DNA from: Candidatus Micrarchaeota archaeon
GTDB lineage: Archaea; Micrarchaeota; Micrarchaeia; Norongarragalinales; SBBD01
DNA: 31,760 nt
NCBI GenBank assembly: GCA_043813365.1
Contig: JBDRLB010000007.1
Coordinates: forward strand, 1-31,760
Direction: 5' to 3'
The notes beneath the pieces are model-generated. The model saw only the letters and a program-made list of their open reading frames with translations. It ran no database searches and was not told the DNA's origin. Below, piece by piece: positions 10,023-19,651 of this stretch; the first letter of the stretch is position 1; each line of letters begins with the position of its first letter. Made by a program: the position numbers and the translations under genes.

Positions 10023-11336
10023 TTAAGCTGGGATTTTAAACGAGAATGCCGCATACCCGTCGCTTTCCAATAATTTAGCATCCGCAACCCTCTCCTCGTA
10101 GGAATATTCCGCCTTTCGCTTCTCAAACATTCCCAATTCAATATTATATTTCCCAATCAAATCCGCTTTCAATCCCTCCTTCCCTCCCCCGAAATAATTT
10201 GCAAGCTCCTCCGTGCGCTGCTTCCCATCCGGCATCCCTTCCGCAAATGCGCCCACAATTATCCTCTTTTCCGCAACAAAGGGCAGCGCATAGTTGTTCT
10301 TGAAAGAGGCGATTGCGTTCCCTCCCCCATATTCCCCGACGCCCGCCATTGCAACCATCGCCTCAAAACCAAAGGGCGCCTCCCTCAACTGCACATTCTG
10401 CATCACCGTGAACGGGATTAGGAACATGAACGCGATCAGCACCTTCCTATCGATGCTCATTGCCTCCCCTGCAAAGACGGATAGCGGAAGAAGCATGAAA
10501 ATCGCATGCCTGAAAGGGAAAGGCAAAATTAAATACGAGGCAAGGAAAGCAAAGATTATGCCGGCGCTGAATGCATCGATGCCCCTCTTTTCCCTTGCCA
10601 ATGCAATTGCCCCCAATGCAACCTGCAATAAAACAGCAAACGGGAACATCTCCAAAACAGAAGGGACCGTCACTGCGGGGTTATTGAAGTCGGATGCATA
10701 AATCGGGAACGCCAGATGGAAAATCCCGAATGCCGCAATTCCGAAAACAGCCGACTTTGCGGTCGCGAACACATCCTTTCTCATCAATGAAATGATCCCG
10801 AGCGCAATTAGCGTGAAAACGAAGCTCCTTGAATGCGCAAACGGGAAAACTGCGAGCAAAAACGCCAGCACCTTGAAGCGGTTTTTCTGGTACGCAAGGA
10901 CGCAAGCAAGGAACATCATCAGCCCAAGCGTTTCCGCAATGGGCGTCACCAGCCTGTAAATTAGAATGGGCAGCGTGAAAGCAGCCAGCGCCCCCAAAGC
11001 CGCCTTCCTTTCATTTTGGAAAATGCCGCTCAAAATCAGGTAAAGCAAACCCACAACAAGGAAAACAAAAACATAGGAAAGGAAGTTTGAAGCAAACTCA
11101 TAGCCCGAATTCGAGAGCAATTTGAACTCCAGCAATGCGAGCGGATAAATGGGCGGATACACATACGGTCCCGCATCAATCGCAGCGCCCTCAACCGGAT
11201 AATTGCCGCCATTCTCAAGGTACTTTGCAATCCTGAAATTCTCGTACGCATCCGATGTTGCGGGAAACCCGTAATACGCCTGCGCAAACAGCACTGCAAT
11301 TGCGCCGAATAGCAGCACGACCTCGATGTTCCTCAT
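10023..11336 (-). CDS. Multi-pass membrane protein, GT-C/PMT-like glycosyltransferase
   Basis: N-terminal TM, D-x-Y loop, YPPIY motif, many TMs, C-terminal soluble domain. Confidence 0.6.
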   Translation of the reverse strand: MRNIEVVLLFGAIAVLFAQAYYGFPATSDAYENFRIAKYLENGGNYPVEGAAIDAGPYVYPPIYPLALLEFKLLSNSGYEFASNFLSYVFVFLVVGLLYLILSGIFQNERKAALGALAAFTLPILIYRLVTPIAETLGLMMFLACVLAYQKNRFKVLAFLLAVFPFAHSRSFVFTLIALGIISLMRKDVFATAKSAVFGIAAFGIFHLAFPIYASDFNNPAVTVPSVLEMFPFAVLLQVALGAIALAREKRGIDAFSAGIIFAFLASYLILPFPFRHAIFMLLPLSVFAGEAMSIDRKVLIAFMFLIPFTVMQNVQLREAPFGFEAMVAMAGVGEYGGGNAIASFKNNYALPFVAEKRIIVGAFAEGMPDGKQRTEELANYFGGGKEGLKADLIGKYNIELGMFEKRKAEYSYEERVADAKLLESDGYAAFSFKIPA

Positions 11337-11420
11337 GTTAAACCTAACAGGATAAAAATATTATAAATAGAGATATCCCAAAATAACGAGAAAAAATAGC
11401 CTTCCCTTCAAAATTCGAAC

Positions 11421-11777
11421 TTATCCGCCTGCGAACACCCTCAATTTATCCGGATCCTTCTTTATCTGCTTCACCAGATTGGAAGGCCCAACTATTGTCA
11501 TCCCGGTTGTCCTTCCGCCGAGCATTTTTATCAGCGACTGCCTCATCCCCGGCGATTGTTCACCAAACGATGAGATTTCTATTCCGGGAAAGTCCTTCGT
11601 GATGCTTTCCATTGTCATTTTGAAAAGCGTCCTCTCCTCCTCCCTGCTGAGTCCCTCCTCCAATATGAGGATTTTCTTCTCCCTCTTCACGACATTGAGT
11701 ATGTAATGCGCCTTCCCTTCCGCATCCTTGTTCTGCAAGGTTTTGGCCGATACGAATTCTATCTGAAGGCCCGCCAT
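11421..11777 (-). CDS. oapB: DUF2073 family protein (OapB/ArvB)
   Basis: ILILEEGLSREEE, TME, FPGIEI, GMTIVGPSN motifs; lies downstream of oapA. Confidence 0.85.
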   Translation of the reverse strand: MAGLQIEFVSAKTLQNKDAEGKAHYILNVVKREKKILILEEGLSREEERTLFKMTMESITKDFPGIEISSFGEQSPGMRQSLIKMLGGRTTGMTIVGPSNLVKQIKKDPDKLRVFAGG

Positions 11778-12095
11778 CTACTGTTCATCCTCGTTTTTTT
11801 CCAGCGCCCAGCTGATGAAGCATGCCGCAAGGTACCAATAAAGCAGGGACAGTACCAGCCCAGCGAACGACATGGCGTTCTGGCATTCACTCTCGTTCAG
11901 CCCGCACAATTGCACGAGCCCAAGAAGCGGCCATGCCAGTATTGTCATTATTGGCAAATACAGCCATTCGGGAATGTCTATCAGCAGCCCCAGGAATACT
12001 ATGAACAGCAGGAAGAATGCGAGTGAAATTTTCTCAAGGGTGGGCCTAAGGAAATCCGCCGCCTTTGCTATTGAATTTTCTGCCATTCCCATCAT
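11778..12095 (-). CDS. Small membrane protein, LRPTxxK...WYxxxCxI family
   Basis: Hydrophobic 105-aa ORF overlapping the oapA stop and abutting the oapB start; similar to 18220..18471. Confidence 0.75.
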   Translation of the reverse strand: MMGMAENSIAKAADFLRPTLEKISLAFFLLFIVFLGLLIDIPEWLYLPIMTILAWPLLGLVQLCGLNESECQNAMSFAGLVLSLLYWYLAACFISWALEKNEDEQ

Positions 12096-12715
12096 CTTGC
12101 ATGCTTTGCGATCATTTCATACAGGTGGTTCATGTTGTCGCCTGTTAACGCGGACACCTGCACCACATGATGCTGCGGGAAAGCCTCCTTCATCTTGTCC
12201 GGCTTCGCCTTCTTGCTGTCCGTCTTGTTTGCAACTATTATGACTGGTATTTTCCTCGCTTCCAAATTTCCCAAAATTGTGATATTTACTTGCGTGAACG
12301 GATCCTCCGTCGCATCCATCACAACAAGCGCGGCATCCACATTCTCCAACCACTTGATCGCTTCAATTATCCCCTTGGTTGCCTCCTTCGCACGCTGCTG
12401 CGCCTCGTCCTTCTTCAAGCCGTATGCGGTGAAATCCCTGTAATCCACCTTGGTTGCGATCCCGGGCATGTCCAGCAGGTTCATTATCAGCTCCCTCCCA
12501 TGGGATTTCACTACCACATGCTCCTTCTTTTGCACTTCACGCGTCTCGTGCGGAATTTCGCTCACTTTCCCTACAGGCTCCCCCAGCCAATCCATCGAAA
12601 TTCTGTTCGCAAGGCTGGTTTTTCCAGCATTAGGGGCACCGTAAAACCCGAGCCGGATAACTTTGCGCTTATTGAATAAATTCGACAGCCATCTTAGGAA
12701 TCTTCGGAAAGGCAT
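12092..12715 (-). CDS. oapA: Era-like small GTPase OapA/ArvA
   Basis: G1 GAPNAGKT, IPHETR, DMPG, ATKGIIEAIKWL, DPFTQVN, NKTD, SAL. Confidence 0.9.
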   Translation of the reverse strand: MPFRRFLRWLSNLFNKRKVIRLGFYGAPNAGKTSLANRISMDWLGEPVGKVSEIPHETREVQKKEHVVVKSHGRELIMNLLDMPGIATKVDYRDFTAYGLKKDEAQQRAKEATKGIIEAIKWLENVDAALVVMDATEDPFTQVNITILGNLEARKIPVIIVANKTDSKKAKPDKMKEAFPQHHVVQVSALTGDNMNHLYEMIAKHAR

Positions 12716-12784
12716 TTCTGCTCACGTGGGTATTTCTACAGTATTTCTGTTACAATAAGCCCATTAAAAAACTTAACTGCTAGC

Positions 12785-14557
12785 TCAGAACTCGAAGCTA
12801 ATTATCCCCTTTATGCGCTTGATCTCATTCAGCAGTTGCCTCTCGCCGTCGGAAAGCGATTTTACGTATTTCTTCTCAATAGCCTCGATCTCCTCCGCGC
12901 TGATATCCGTGAAAAGCTCCTGCTTCTCCCTTACCTGCCTTCCGTAAAACGGGCCGTCAACTGCAATTGCGACCTCCTGCCCCTTCTTCGCCTCATCAAC
13001 CGCATCCTTCTCAACCTGTATGCTCCTGATTTCGCCGATCACTTCGCCTTTCTCATTCATCAGCCGATTCTCCTTGCGGATGCGGCCTTCCAAAATCTGG
13101 ACGCCAAAAATGGCAGGGTTGCTTACCCTGAAGCAATGGCCGGGCATCAGGAATAGTTTTGCGGGAAGGGTAAGACTCGAGAAAGCCTCCTTCCTTTCCC
13201 TATCCTTTTCCTCATCCCTCCATCTCTTGTACCCTTCAACCAAATTATAGATTATTTTCTCCTCGAAAAGTTTCGCACCTTCCTTCTCCGCAATTTCCCT
13301 CACTTCCGGATCAATTGCGAGGTTGAATGAGAAAATAACCCCCAAATATTTGTCCGTTTTTGAAATGTTCGCCGCTTCCAGCACCTCCTGCCTGCTCACA
13401 ACCCCGATATTTGCCTTCCTTATGGGTATTTTCTCATTCTGGAATAGCCGGACAATCGCCTCCAAGCTCCCGAGGGCGTCCGCTTTGATGATAATGCCGT
13501 TGTTGGTGCTCTCGATTTCAATCTCCTCATATTCCTCCTTCAGCGCCTCCCCTGTTTTGCCTTCACTTCCCTCATCGTATTCGTACAGCGAGGAGCCCGC
13601 AATCGCTTGCTCTGCATTTTCGCATGCGATTTTAATTCCGCTCGCTGCAGTCACGGATTTTACTTTTACATATTTCTCTCCCGATTTTTTCGCCTCCTCG
13701 CTGTTGTTCGGCTTCAGCAGTGCTTTAATTCTGGATTTCAGCACCTCCCCCTGCTTGCTCAAAAAGACGATCGATTCCCCTTCCTCAAGAGTGCCCTCAT
13801 ACAAAATAACATCCAGCGTCATCCCCAGCCCCTTCTCCTCCTTAACCTCGAGGATGCTTCCTTTCGCAAGTGCATTTTCCTTTTTTTCCAGCTGCAACTC
13901 AAGGAAGCGCTGCGCAAGCCCCGCAACAAAAAGCAGCAATTCCGAAATCCCCTCGCCGTTCCTTCCGCTAACCGGAATTATCACAATCTGCTTCGTGAAG
14001 TCGCCAACCCGATCGTATCTCTCGGATGAAAATCCGTACTCCGAAAGTTGCCCCACAAGCTGGTACAATTTCTTGTCGAGGTATTCCTGCACATCCTTCC
14101 TTTGAAGGGGGAAAGAGTCCGCAAAGCACGAGTTTTCCCTCGGCTTCCATCCCGTCACCTGGTCTATTTTTGTTGCCGCAACCACGAACGGCGTCTTATA
14201 TTGCTTAAGAATGCCGATCGCCTCCCTCGTCTGGTTTTGAATCCCTTGATTTACATCCACCACCAAAATGGCAATGTCCGCAATGCTTCCCCCTCTTTTC
14301 CTGAGGTTCACGAACGCCTCGTGACCTGGCGTATCGATGAAGAGCAGCCCCGGCAGCGTGAGGTCGATTTTCATTTTTTGCAGCTGCTGGCCGCAATGCT
14401 CCTTTATCGCGGAAACCGGCACTTCGGATGCAGAAACATGCTGCGTAATGCCTCCCGCCTCCCTGCCCGCAACCGCTGTTTCCCGGATTGCATCCAGTAG
14501 CGTGGTTTTCCCATGGTCCACGTGCCCAAGAACGCACACGATCGGTTGCCTCAGCAT
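12785..14557 (-). CDS. infB: Translation initiation factor aIF5B (IF-2)
   Basis: LRQPIVCVLGHVDHGKTT, EAGGITQH, DTPGHEAF, KADALGSLEA; start at MLRQP. Confidence 0.97.
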   Translation of the reverse strand: MLRQPIVCVLGHVDHGKTTLLDAIRETAVAGREAGGITQHVSASEVPVSAIKEHCGQQLQKMKIDLTLPGLLFIDTPGHEAFVNLRKRGGSIADIAILVVDVNQGIQNQTREAIGILKQYKTPFVVAATKIDQVTGWKPRENSCFADSFPLQRKDVQEYLDKKLYQLVGQLSEYGFSSERYDRVGDFTKQIVIIPVSGRNGEGISELLLFVAGLAQRFLELQLEKKENALAKGSILEVKEEKGLGMTLDVILYEGTLEEGESIVFLSKQGEVLKSRIKALLKPNNSEEAKKSGEKYVKVKSVTAASGIKIACENAEQAIAGSSLYEYDEGSEGKTGEALKEEYEEIEIESTNNGIIIKADALGSLEAIVRLFQNEKIPIRKANIGVVSRQEVLEAANISKTDKYLGVIFSFNLAIDPEVREIAEKEGAKLFEEKIIYNLVEGYKRWRDEEKDRERKEAFSSLTLPAKLFLMPGHCFRVSNPAIFGVQILEGRIRKENRLMNEKGEVIGEIRSIQVEKDAVDEAKKGQEVAIAVDGPFYGRQVREKQELFTDISAEEIEAIEKKYVKSLSDGERQLLNEIKRIKGIISFEF

Positions 14558-14755
14558 ATTGATCAACAGAAATAGCCTGCTCTTCAATTATGCGATCACT
14601 AGAATATAAACTTATTAGGGAATGGCGGGTTTTGGCGCATCCAATTTCCAGAGCGTGCATTCCAATTGCCGCTTTACCTTTTATGATATTTTCCACTCAT
14701 TTCCGGTTCAAGGATATCGATTTTTAATCCAGCCGCTCCAAATCCCTTTCAACGC

Positions 14756-16747
14756 GTGTTCAAAATGCTTACCGGCCTACTCTACCTGCTTAGCAGCTTC
14801 CTCTTCGGGATCGCATGCAGCAATTTCCTCCATTTCCTGGATGATTGGTGGAAAAAATCCGCTTTTGCATTGGGTTTTGGCATCCTCTTCTCGAGCTGGC
14901 TCATTTTCATCCTAAGCTGGGCAACAGGAATGCTTGGCGACATTCCAATTTTCCTTTCATGTGCGGCAATGCTCGGCTTCTTTTTCCGCTTCTATAAGCA
15001 CAAGCAATTGAAAATCACGCATGACCGCACGGGCTTATTATTCGTTCTCGTAATTTTCGCCCTGCTTGCGTACCTGAATTTCCGCCTGCTTCCGCATGTC
15101 GAAAACGGCTCAATGATAGCAGGCAGCAACATCTGGGGCGATTACCCCTTCCATTTTGGCGTGACCAATTCCTTCGCGGAACGCCCGAATTACCCTCCCC
15201 AATACCCGATTCTTGTGGCAGCTCCGCTTGCATACCCTTTCATGGTGAACTTCCTTTCCGCAATTTTGCTACGGGGCGGCTTTGATTTGTTCAATTCGCT
15301 GCTCTTCCCCCATCTGCTCTCCTATTTCGTGATGCTCTCCTTCCTCTATTTCATCGGCGCCCTCCTCCTAAAGCGCAAATTGATCGGGATGCTCTTCATC
15401 CTCCTCTTCCTTTTCAACGGCAACTGGGGCATCTTTTACGCATTCAATGATGCCATGATGCCTTATTCGGATCCGGTTGATTTCCTCCTGCATTCCCGCG
15501 ATCCATTGCAGTCCCTTTCCAACACCTTCTTCCATCCGAAACAAGCGTACTCCCACATCGATGTAAAGCCGCAGCCTTTCGCAGCAGACCCCCATTACGG
15601 TCCCGACGGAATAGAGTTCATGAACCAGCTTTTCTCCACATTCCTTCCCCAAAGGGCAGCAATAATGGGAATTGCACTCTCCATCCTGTTCTACTATCTC
15701 ATTTTCATCTCCATGCGCAAACCCGAAAAGCACAACCTCCTTTTTGCGGGAGTGATTCTAGGGCTCCTTCCGCTGGTGCATGGCCATACTTTCCTCATAG
15801 CCGCATTCTTCTCTCCCTTCGCATTCGCATATTCCCTCTACAATTCGAAAAACCGGAAGGAAACCTTCAATCTGTGGCTTTACATGATCGTCCCTTCCCT
15901 CCTTCTCTCCATTCCGCAGCTGCTTTTCATGCGCTCCCAGCTATCATCCCCCGATTTCCTGCGCTACAGGTTCGGCTGGATGCAGGGCGGCCCGATTTCA
16001 ATTGCAGATTTCGTAATTTACTGGCTGCGGAATTTCGGAATCATACTTCCCCTCGCATTTGTTGGTTTGAAATTCACCCCGAATTACCTCCGCTTCTCCC
16101 TAGTCCCTGTTTTCATCGTTTTCATGGTGGGCAACCTCTACCAGCTCGCTCCCTGGGATTGGGACACAATCAAAGTGTTCGGCCCATTCTTCATGTTCCT
16201 TTGCCTTTTTGCCGCAATTGCATTGGAGAAATTGACCTGCATAAAAAAGCATTCCCTGCGGCGATTCGGCGGAATTGCCCTCCTTCTTCTAGTGCTTATC
16301 GCAACCTTTTCCGGCATCCTCACGCTTTTCTGGTGGCATGAGGACCGGCCCGTTCTGTACTCGAATAGGGATTTCATCCTCGCGGATTACGTGAAGGAAA
16401 ACACTCCTGCTGATGCGATCTGGATAACCAGCGATGCGCACACGCACGTCATCCCCTCCCTTACGGGAAGGCAAACAGTTCTCGGATTGAAATGGTACCT
16501 CTATTCTCATGGGCTGGAGAAGAGCAAATTGCCTGTTGAAGCGGACATCAACCGCTTCTTCCAGACTGCCGATTGCAGCATCCCCCTGAAATACGGTGCA
16601 ACTTATTTGTTCATCGGAGTGCAGGAGGACAACATCGAGCACGCGAACCGGCAGGTTTTTGAAAACAATCCGAATTACGAGCCGTTCTTCGATAAGGCAG
16701 TAGAGGGCTTCCGCACCACGATGTATAAAATCAACTGCAATGGATGA
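14756..16747 (+). CDS. Large multi-pass membrane protein, GT-C superfamily-like
   Basis: WGDYPFH loop, YPF motif, many TMs, C-terminal domain (ENTPADA..SLTGRQTVLG..LYSHG). Confidence 0.6.
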   Translation: MFKMLTGLLYLLSSFLFGIACSNFLHFLDDWWKKSAFALGFGILFSSWLIFILSWATGMLGDIPIFLSCAAMLGFFFRFYKHKQLKITHDRTGLLFVLVIFALLAYLNFRLLPHVENGSMIAGSNIWGDYPFHFGVTNSFAERPNYPPQYPILVAAPLAYPFMVNFLSAILLRGGFDLFNSLLFPHLLSYFVMLSFLYFIGALLLKRKLIGMLFILLFLFNGNWGIFYAFNDAMMPYSDPVDFLLHSRDPLQSLSNTFFHPKQAYSHIDVKPQPFAADPHYGPDGIEFMNQLFSTFLPQRAAIMGIALSILFYYLIFISMRKPEKHNLLFAGVILGLLPLVHGHTFLIAAFFSPFAFAYSLYNSKNRKETFNLWLYMIVPSLLLSIPQLLFMRSQLSSPDFLRYRFGWMQGGPISIADFVIYWLRNFGIILPLAFVGLKFTPNYLRFSLVPVFIVFMVGNLYQLAPWDWDTIKVFGPFFMFLCLFAAIALEKLTCIKKHSLRRFGGIALLLLVLIATFSGILTLFWWHEDRPVLYSNRDFILADYVKENTPADAIWITSDAHTHVIPSLTGRQTVLGLKWYLYSHGLEKSKLPVEADINRFFQTADCSIPLKYGATYLFIGVQEDNIEHANRQVFENNPNYEPFFDKAVEGFRTTMYKINCNG

Positions 16748-16751
16748 CTTT

Positions 16752-18182
16752 TCAGAATTCAGTGCCTTTCTTCATCGAAACCCTTTCGTGCTTCAGCTTA
16801 TCCTCTATAAGCTTGTCGAATTTTTCGCATTTGTCAATTGCATTCCCTATATGGAACCTCGTGTTGAAGGCGTCCTTTATTTCCGCCTCCTTCATGTATT
16901 TTGCGATCTGCTTGTTCTCGAGCGCAAGCGCCTTCAGCGGATTCTCCTTCCCCTCCTGCACCTGCCTCCAGGCCATCATGCTCATTTCCCTGATAAGCTC
17001 GTGCATCTTCTGCCTGTCCGCACCCTTCTTTGCGAGCTCGATCAGCAGCACCTCCGTCATTGCGAACGGTGCGAACCTATCCAGATTCTTCCTGATCTGC
17101 GCCTCATTCACCACCATTCCGTCCAAAATTCCGCCGGTGATTCTCAAACTCTCATCAAGCGCCAAAAACGCCTCTGGGATCACGATCCTCCGATTCGCGG
17201 AATCGTCCAGCGTCCTCTCGAGCAATGAATTAGCCGCATTGCTCCACATCACTGATGGAAGGGCGGAAATGAACCTGCTAAGTGAACAAACCCTCTCCGC
17301 CTTGATCGGATTCCTCTTGAAGGGCATCGCTGAACTTCCCACTTGCTTATCCCCGAACGGCTCTGCCATTTCGTAAATGAATGGAGATTGCAGAACTCTA
17401 AGATCAAAAGCGAATTTGTGCAAACTCGCAGCTACGCTTGCCAATGCGGAAATCACAAGAAAGTCAATTTTCCTAGGATACGTTTGCGTTGTCGCCTCGA
17501 ACGTATGCAGTTTCAGCTCATCCATCGCCAGCTTCTCCATCTCCTCCGGCCGCATTTTCCCCTTCAGCAGTTTTTCGTACGCAGCTGATGTTCCAACAGC
17601 TCCCTTGAATCCCTTCCCCTTCACCATTTTCTCTATTGCATCCAGTGTCTCCAAATCGAGCATCAGATCCTGCGCATATACCGCCAAACGATACCCCAAA
17701 GTGGATGGCTCGGCCGTTTGCAAATGCGTCTGCGCAATAATCTGCACATTCTTGTACTGCCTGATTTTCTTCTTGTAAATTTCAAGGCAGGTTGCAATCC
17801 CCCTCCTTATGATTTTTATCCCTTCCTGCATCTTCAGCGCTTCGGCATTGTCCTCTATATCCATGCTGGTTGCCCCCAGATGCAATTTCCCTCCTGCTTC
17901 CCCGCTCTGCTCCGCGAAAACGCGCAATTCCGCCATCAAATCGTGCTTAATTTCCCTCTCAATCTGATGTGCCTTCTGGATGTCTATTTTCTCCAGATTC
18001 TCCTCTATTTTCTGCAGCATTTTCTCATCAATCAACCCTGCTTTCCCCTGAGCCTTTGCGAGCGCCAGCCATACCCTCCTCCATTTCTTCCTATTTTCAA
18101 CTTCAGAAAACAGCTTCCTCATTTCCGGAGAGCCGTACCTCCATGAAAACACGCTCAAATAGCCCGAAAAATCACTATTCAT
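16752..18182 (-). CDS. purB: Adenylosuccinate lyase
   Basis: WRYGSPEM, HDLMA, HLGATS, THLQ, SSAMPFKRNP; GGAGGTG RBS precedes ATG 18182. Confidence 0.95.
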   Translation of the reverse strand: MNSDFSGYLSVFSWRYGSPEMRKLFSEVENRKKWRRVWLALAKAQGKAGLIDEKMLQKIEENLEKIDIQKAHQIEREIKHDLMAELRVFAEQSGEAGGKLHLGATSMDIEDNAEALKMQEGIKIIRRGIATCLEIYKKKIRQYKNVQIIAQTHLQTAEPSTLGYRLAVYAQDLMLDLETLDAIEKMVKGKGFKGAVGTSAAYEKLLKGKMRPEEMEKLAMDELKLHTFEATTQTYPRKIDFLVISALASVAASLHKFAFDLRVLQSPFIYEMAEPFGDKQVGSSAMPFKRNPIKAERVCSLSRFISALPSVMWSNAANSLLERTLDDSANRRIVIPEAFLALDESLRITGGILDGMVVNEAQIRKNLDRFAPFAMTEVLLIELAKKGADRQKMHELIREMSMMAWRQVQEGKENPLKALALENKQIAKYMKEAEIKDAFNTRFHIGNAIDKCEKFDKLIEDKLKHERVSMKKGTEF

Positions 18183-18219
18183 CGAAGACACCTCCTTTTT
18201 TTCCCTTTTTTGAACCGGT

Positions 18220-18471
18220 TTATTTTTTGCTTTTATTTTTGATTTTTTCATAACAGAACACGATTAGGCATGAAATAACGTACCAAATAATCAAGTCAAT
18301 GATTGTGGCCGTGAAATCGCCATAGAGGGGGAAGCCTATTTTATTGAATGCGATATCGTCCCAAATCTCCTTCCCCCAAATGAAAAAGAACGTGAAATAG
18401 CCCCCGAGAAGCAGAAATACGATTAGTTTTGCGGCTGTGGGCCTTAGAAGCTCCTTAAGGATGGAGAGCAT
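18220..18471 (-). CDS. Small membrane protein, LRPTxxK...WYxxxCxI family
   Basis: 83 aa, two hydrophobic segments, basic tail; similar to 11778..12095. Confidence 0.7.
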   Translation of the reverse strand: MLSILKELLRPTAAKLIVFLLLGGYFTFFFIWGKEIWDDIAFNKIGFPLYGDFTATIIDLIIWYVISCLIVFCYEKIKNKSKK

Positions 18472-18533
18472 CGGTTCAACCCTGAATTGGTTAGGGGGTG
18501 CACATTTAAAACGGTGATTTATTTACCCCTTAT

Positions 18534-19067
18534 ATGCTCTCGCGCTACCTCCTGCAGGTTTACATACTGTTTTTCGGCGCTTTCCTCTTCTACCCCGAAA
18601 TCGCCGAACCTCCGTTTTATTTCCTCTCCGCATTTTTCCTGATCCCCAATTTCTGGCTTTTCCTCCTGATCTGCATGTACCTCGTAATTTTGGAGGGGTT
18701 AGAGCGCGAAATTGGCACCAACCATTTCGCATTCATCTACATTTTAGGCGCAATTGCGGGCAACATCAGCCTCCTTTCCATATACTTCAACGCTCCCTCG
18801 GCGCTTCCCATTGTTGGTGCAATCAGCGGAGTAATGGCCGTATTCGGAGTATACATTGCCCGCCATCCTTATGATTTGGCGATTTTCGAAGGCCTTCCGA
18901 TGCTTGCGATAATCGGACTCATTCTCCTTACAGTTGGGCATATCGTGCTATTTGGGAAATTCGACTTCCTTCCGATACTCTGCGGAGTTGTTTACGGCTA
19001 TTACCTCCCCAAAGATCCCCTTCCTCCCCAGCAGCCCCCGAAGAGGCTTGCTGCTGGCAGGTATTGA
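18534..19067 (+). CDS. Rhomboid-like intramembrane protein, probably catalytically inactive
   Basis: LEREIG..F..IY..GAIAG and P.VGA pattern of rhomboids; GxSG reads GAISG and TM6 lacks His. Confidence 0.7.
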   Translation: MLSRYLLQVYILFFGAFLFYPEIAEPPFYFLSAFFLIPNFWLFLLICMYLVILEGLEREIGTNHFAFIYILGAIAGNISLLSIYFNAPSALPIVGAISGVMAVFGVYIARHPYDLAIFEGLPMLAIIGLILLTVGHIVLFGKFDFLPILCGVVYGYYLPKDPLPPQQPPKRLAAGRY

Positions 19068-19107
19068 TTGAAAATCGTATTTCCATCAAGCCTTCAAAAC
19101 GCTTAAA

Positions 19108-19121
19108 TATACTTAAGTATA
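19108..19121. promoter_or_regulatory. Perfect 14-bp palindrome, likely toxin-antitoxin operator
   Basis: TATACTTAAGTATA overlapping the end of TTAAATA and just upstream of the antitoxin start. Confidence 0.65.
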
Positions 19122-19131
19122 CCTAATGTAT

Positions 19132-19371
19132 ATGGAAGTCTCAACCGTACGATTGCACAAGCGCACAAAATCCTACCTCGACCGTTACCGGGAATATCGG
19201 AATGAGAGTTATGATGAGGTAGTGATGAAGCTCGTAGGCATCGCGGATCATCTTAAAAGCGATCCTGACCTGTCGAGGGAGGCGGTCGAACGGGTTGAAG
19301 CAGCACGGAAACGCATAAAAAATAACGAGTTCATTACTGAAACGGAGGCTAGGAAAAGGCTAGGCTTGTGA
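19132..19371 (+). CDS. Putative antitoxin with RHH-like N-terminus
   Basis: STVRL...ESYDEVVMKL N-terminus, ITETEARKRLGL tail; GTGA overlap with the relE-like gene. Confidence 0.8.
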   Translation: MEVSTVRLHKRTKSYLDRYREYRNESYDEVVMKLVGIADHLKSDPDLSREAVERVEAARKRIKNNEFITETEARKRLGL

Positions 19372-19625
19372 CGTACGAACTGATTTTTGATAAGAATGCA
19401 ATTAAATTTCTGGAAGGCCTCCCAACTGCAATCAGGGAGCGCATTTTCAACAAAATTTCCGCCGCAAAGGAAAATCCCAATCATTTTTTCGAGCGCTTGG
19501 AGAACAGGAGCGACTATAAGCTGCGCGTCGGCGATTACCGGGTCATTGCGGATATCGATCACAACCTGAAGAGGATAGAAATAACCCTGATTGACCATCG
19601 TAAACGGGTTTACAAGCGGATCTGA
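19368..19625 (+). CDS. relE: RelE/ParE family toxin
   Basis: YELIF..A.KFL, YKLRVGDYRVI, HRKRVY. Confidence 0.9.
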   Translation: MTYELIFDKNAIKFLEGLPTAIRERIFNKISAAKENPNHFFERLENRSDYKLRVGDYRVIADIDHNLKRIEITLIDHRKRVYKRI

Positions 19626-19651
19626 TCCCAAAAGCCAAGATTTAAAGCGTT

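Noticed and set aside
12730..12748. GTATTTCT direct repeat at 11-bp spacing upstream of oapA
   Set aside because: Too short to distinguish from chance without comparative data
18183..18251. Lys-rich N-terminal extension of PurB
   Set aside because: A strong GGAGGTG RBS supports ATG 18182; the extension overlaps the upstream gene
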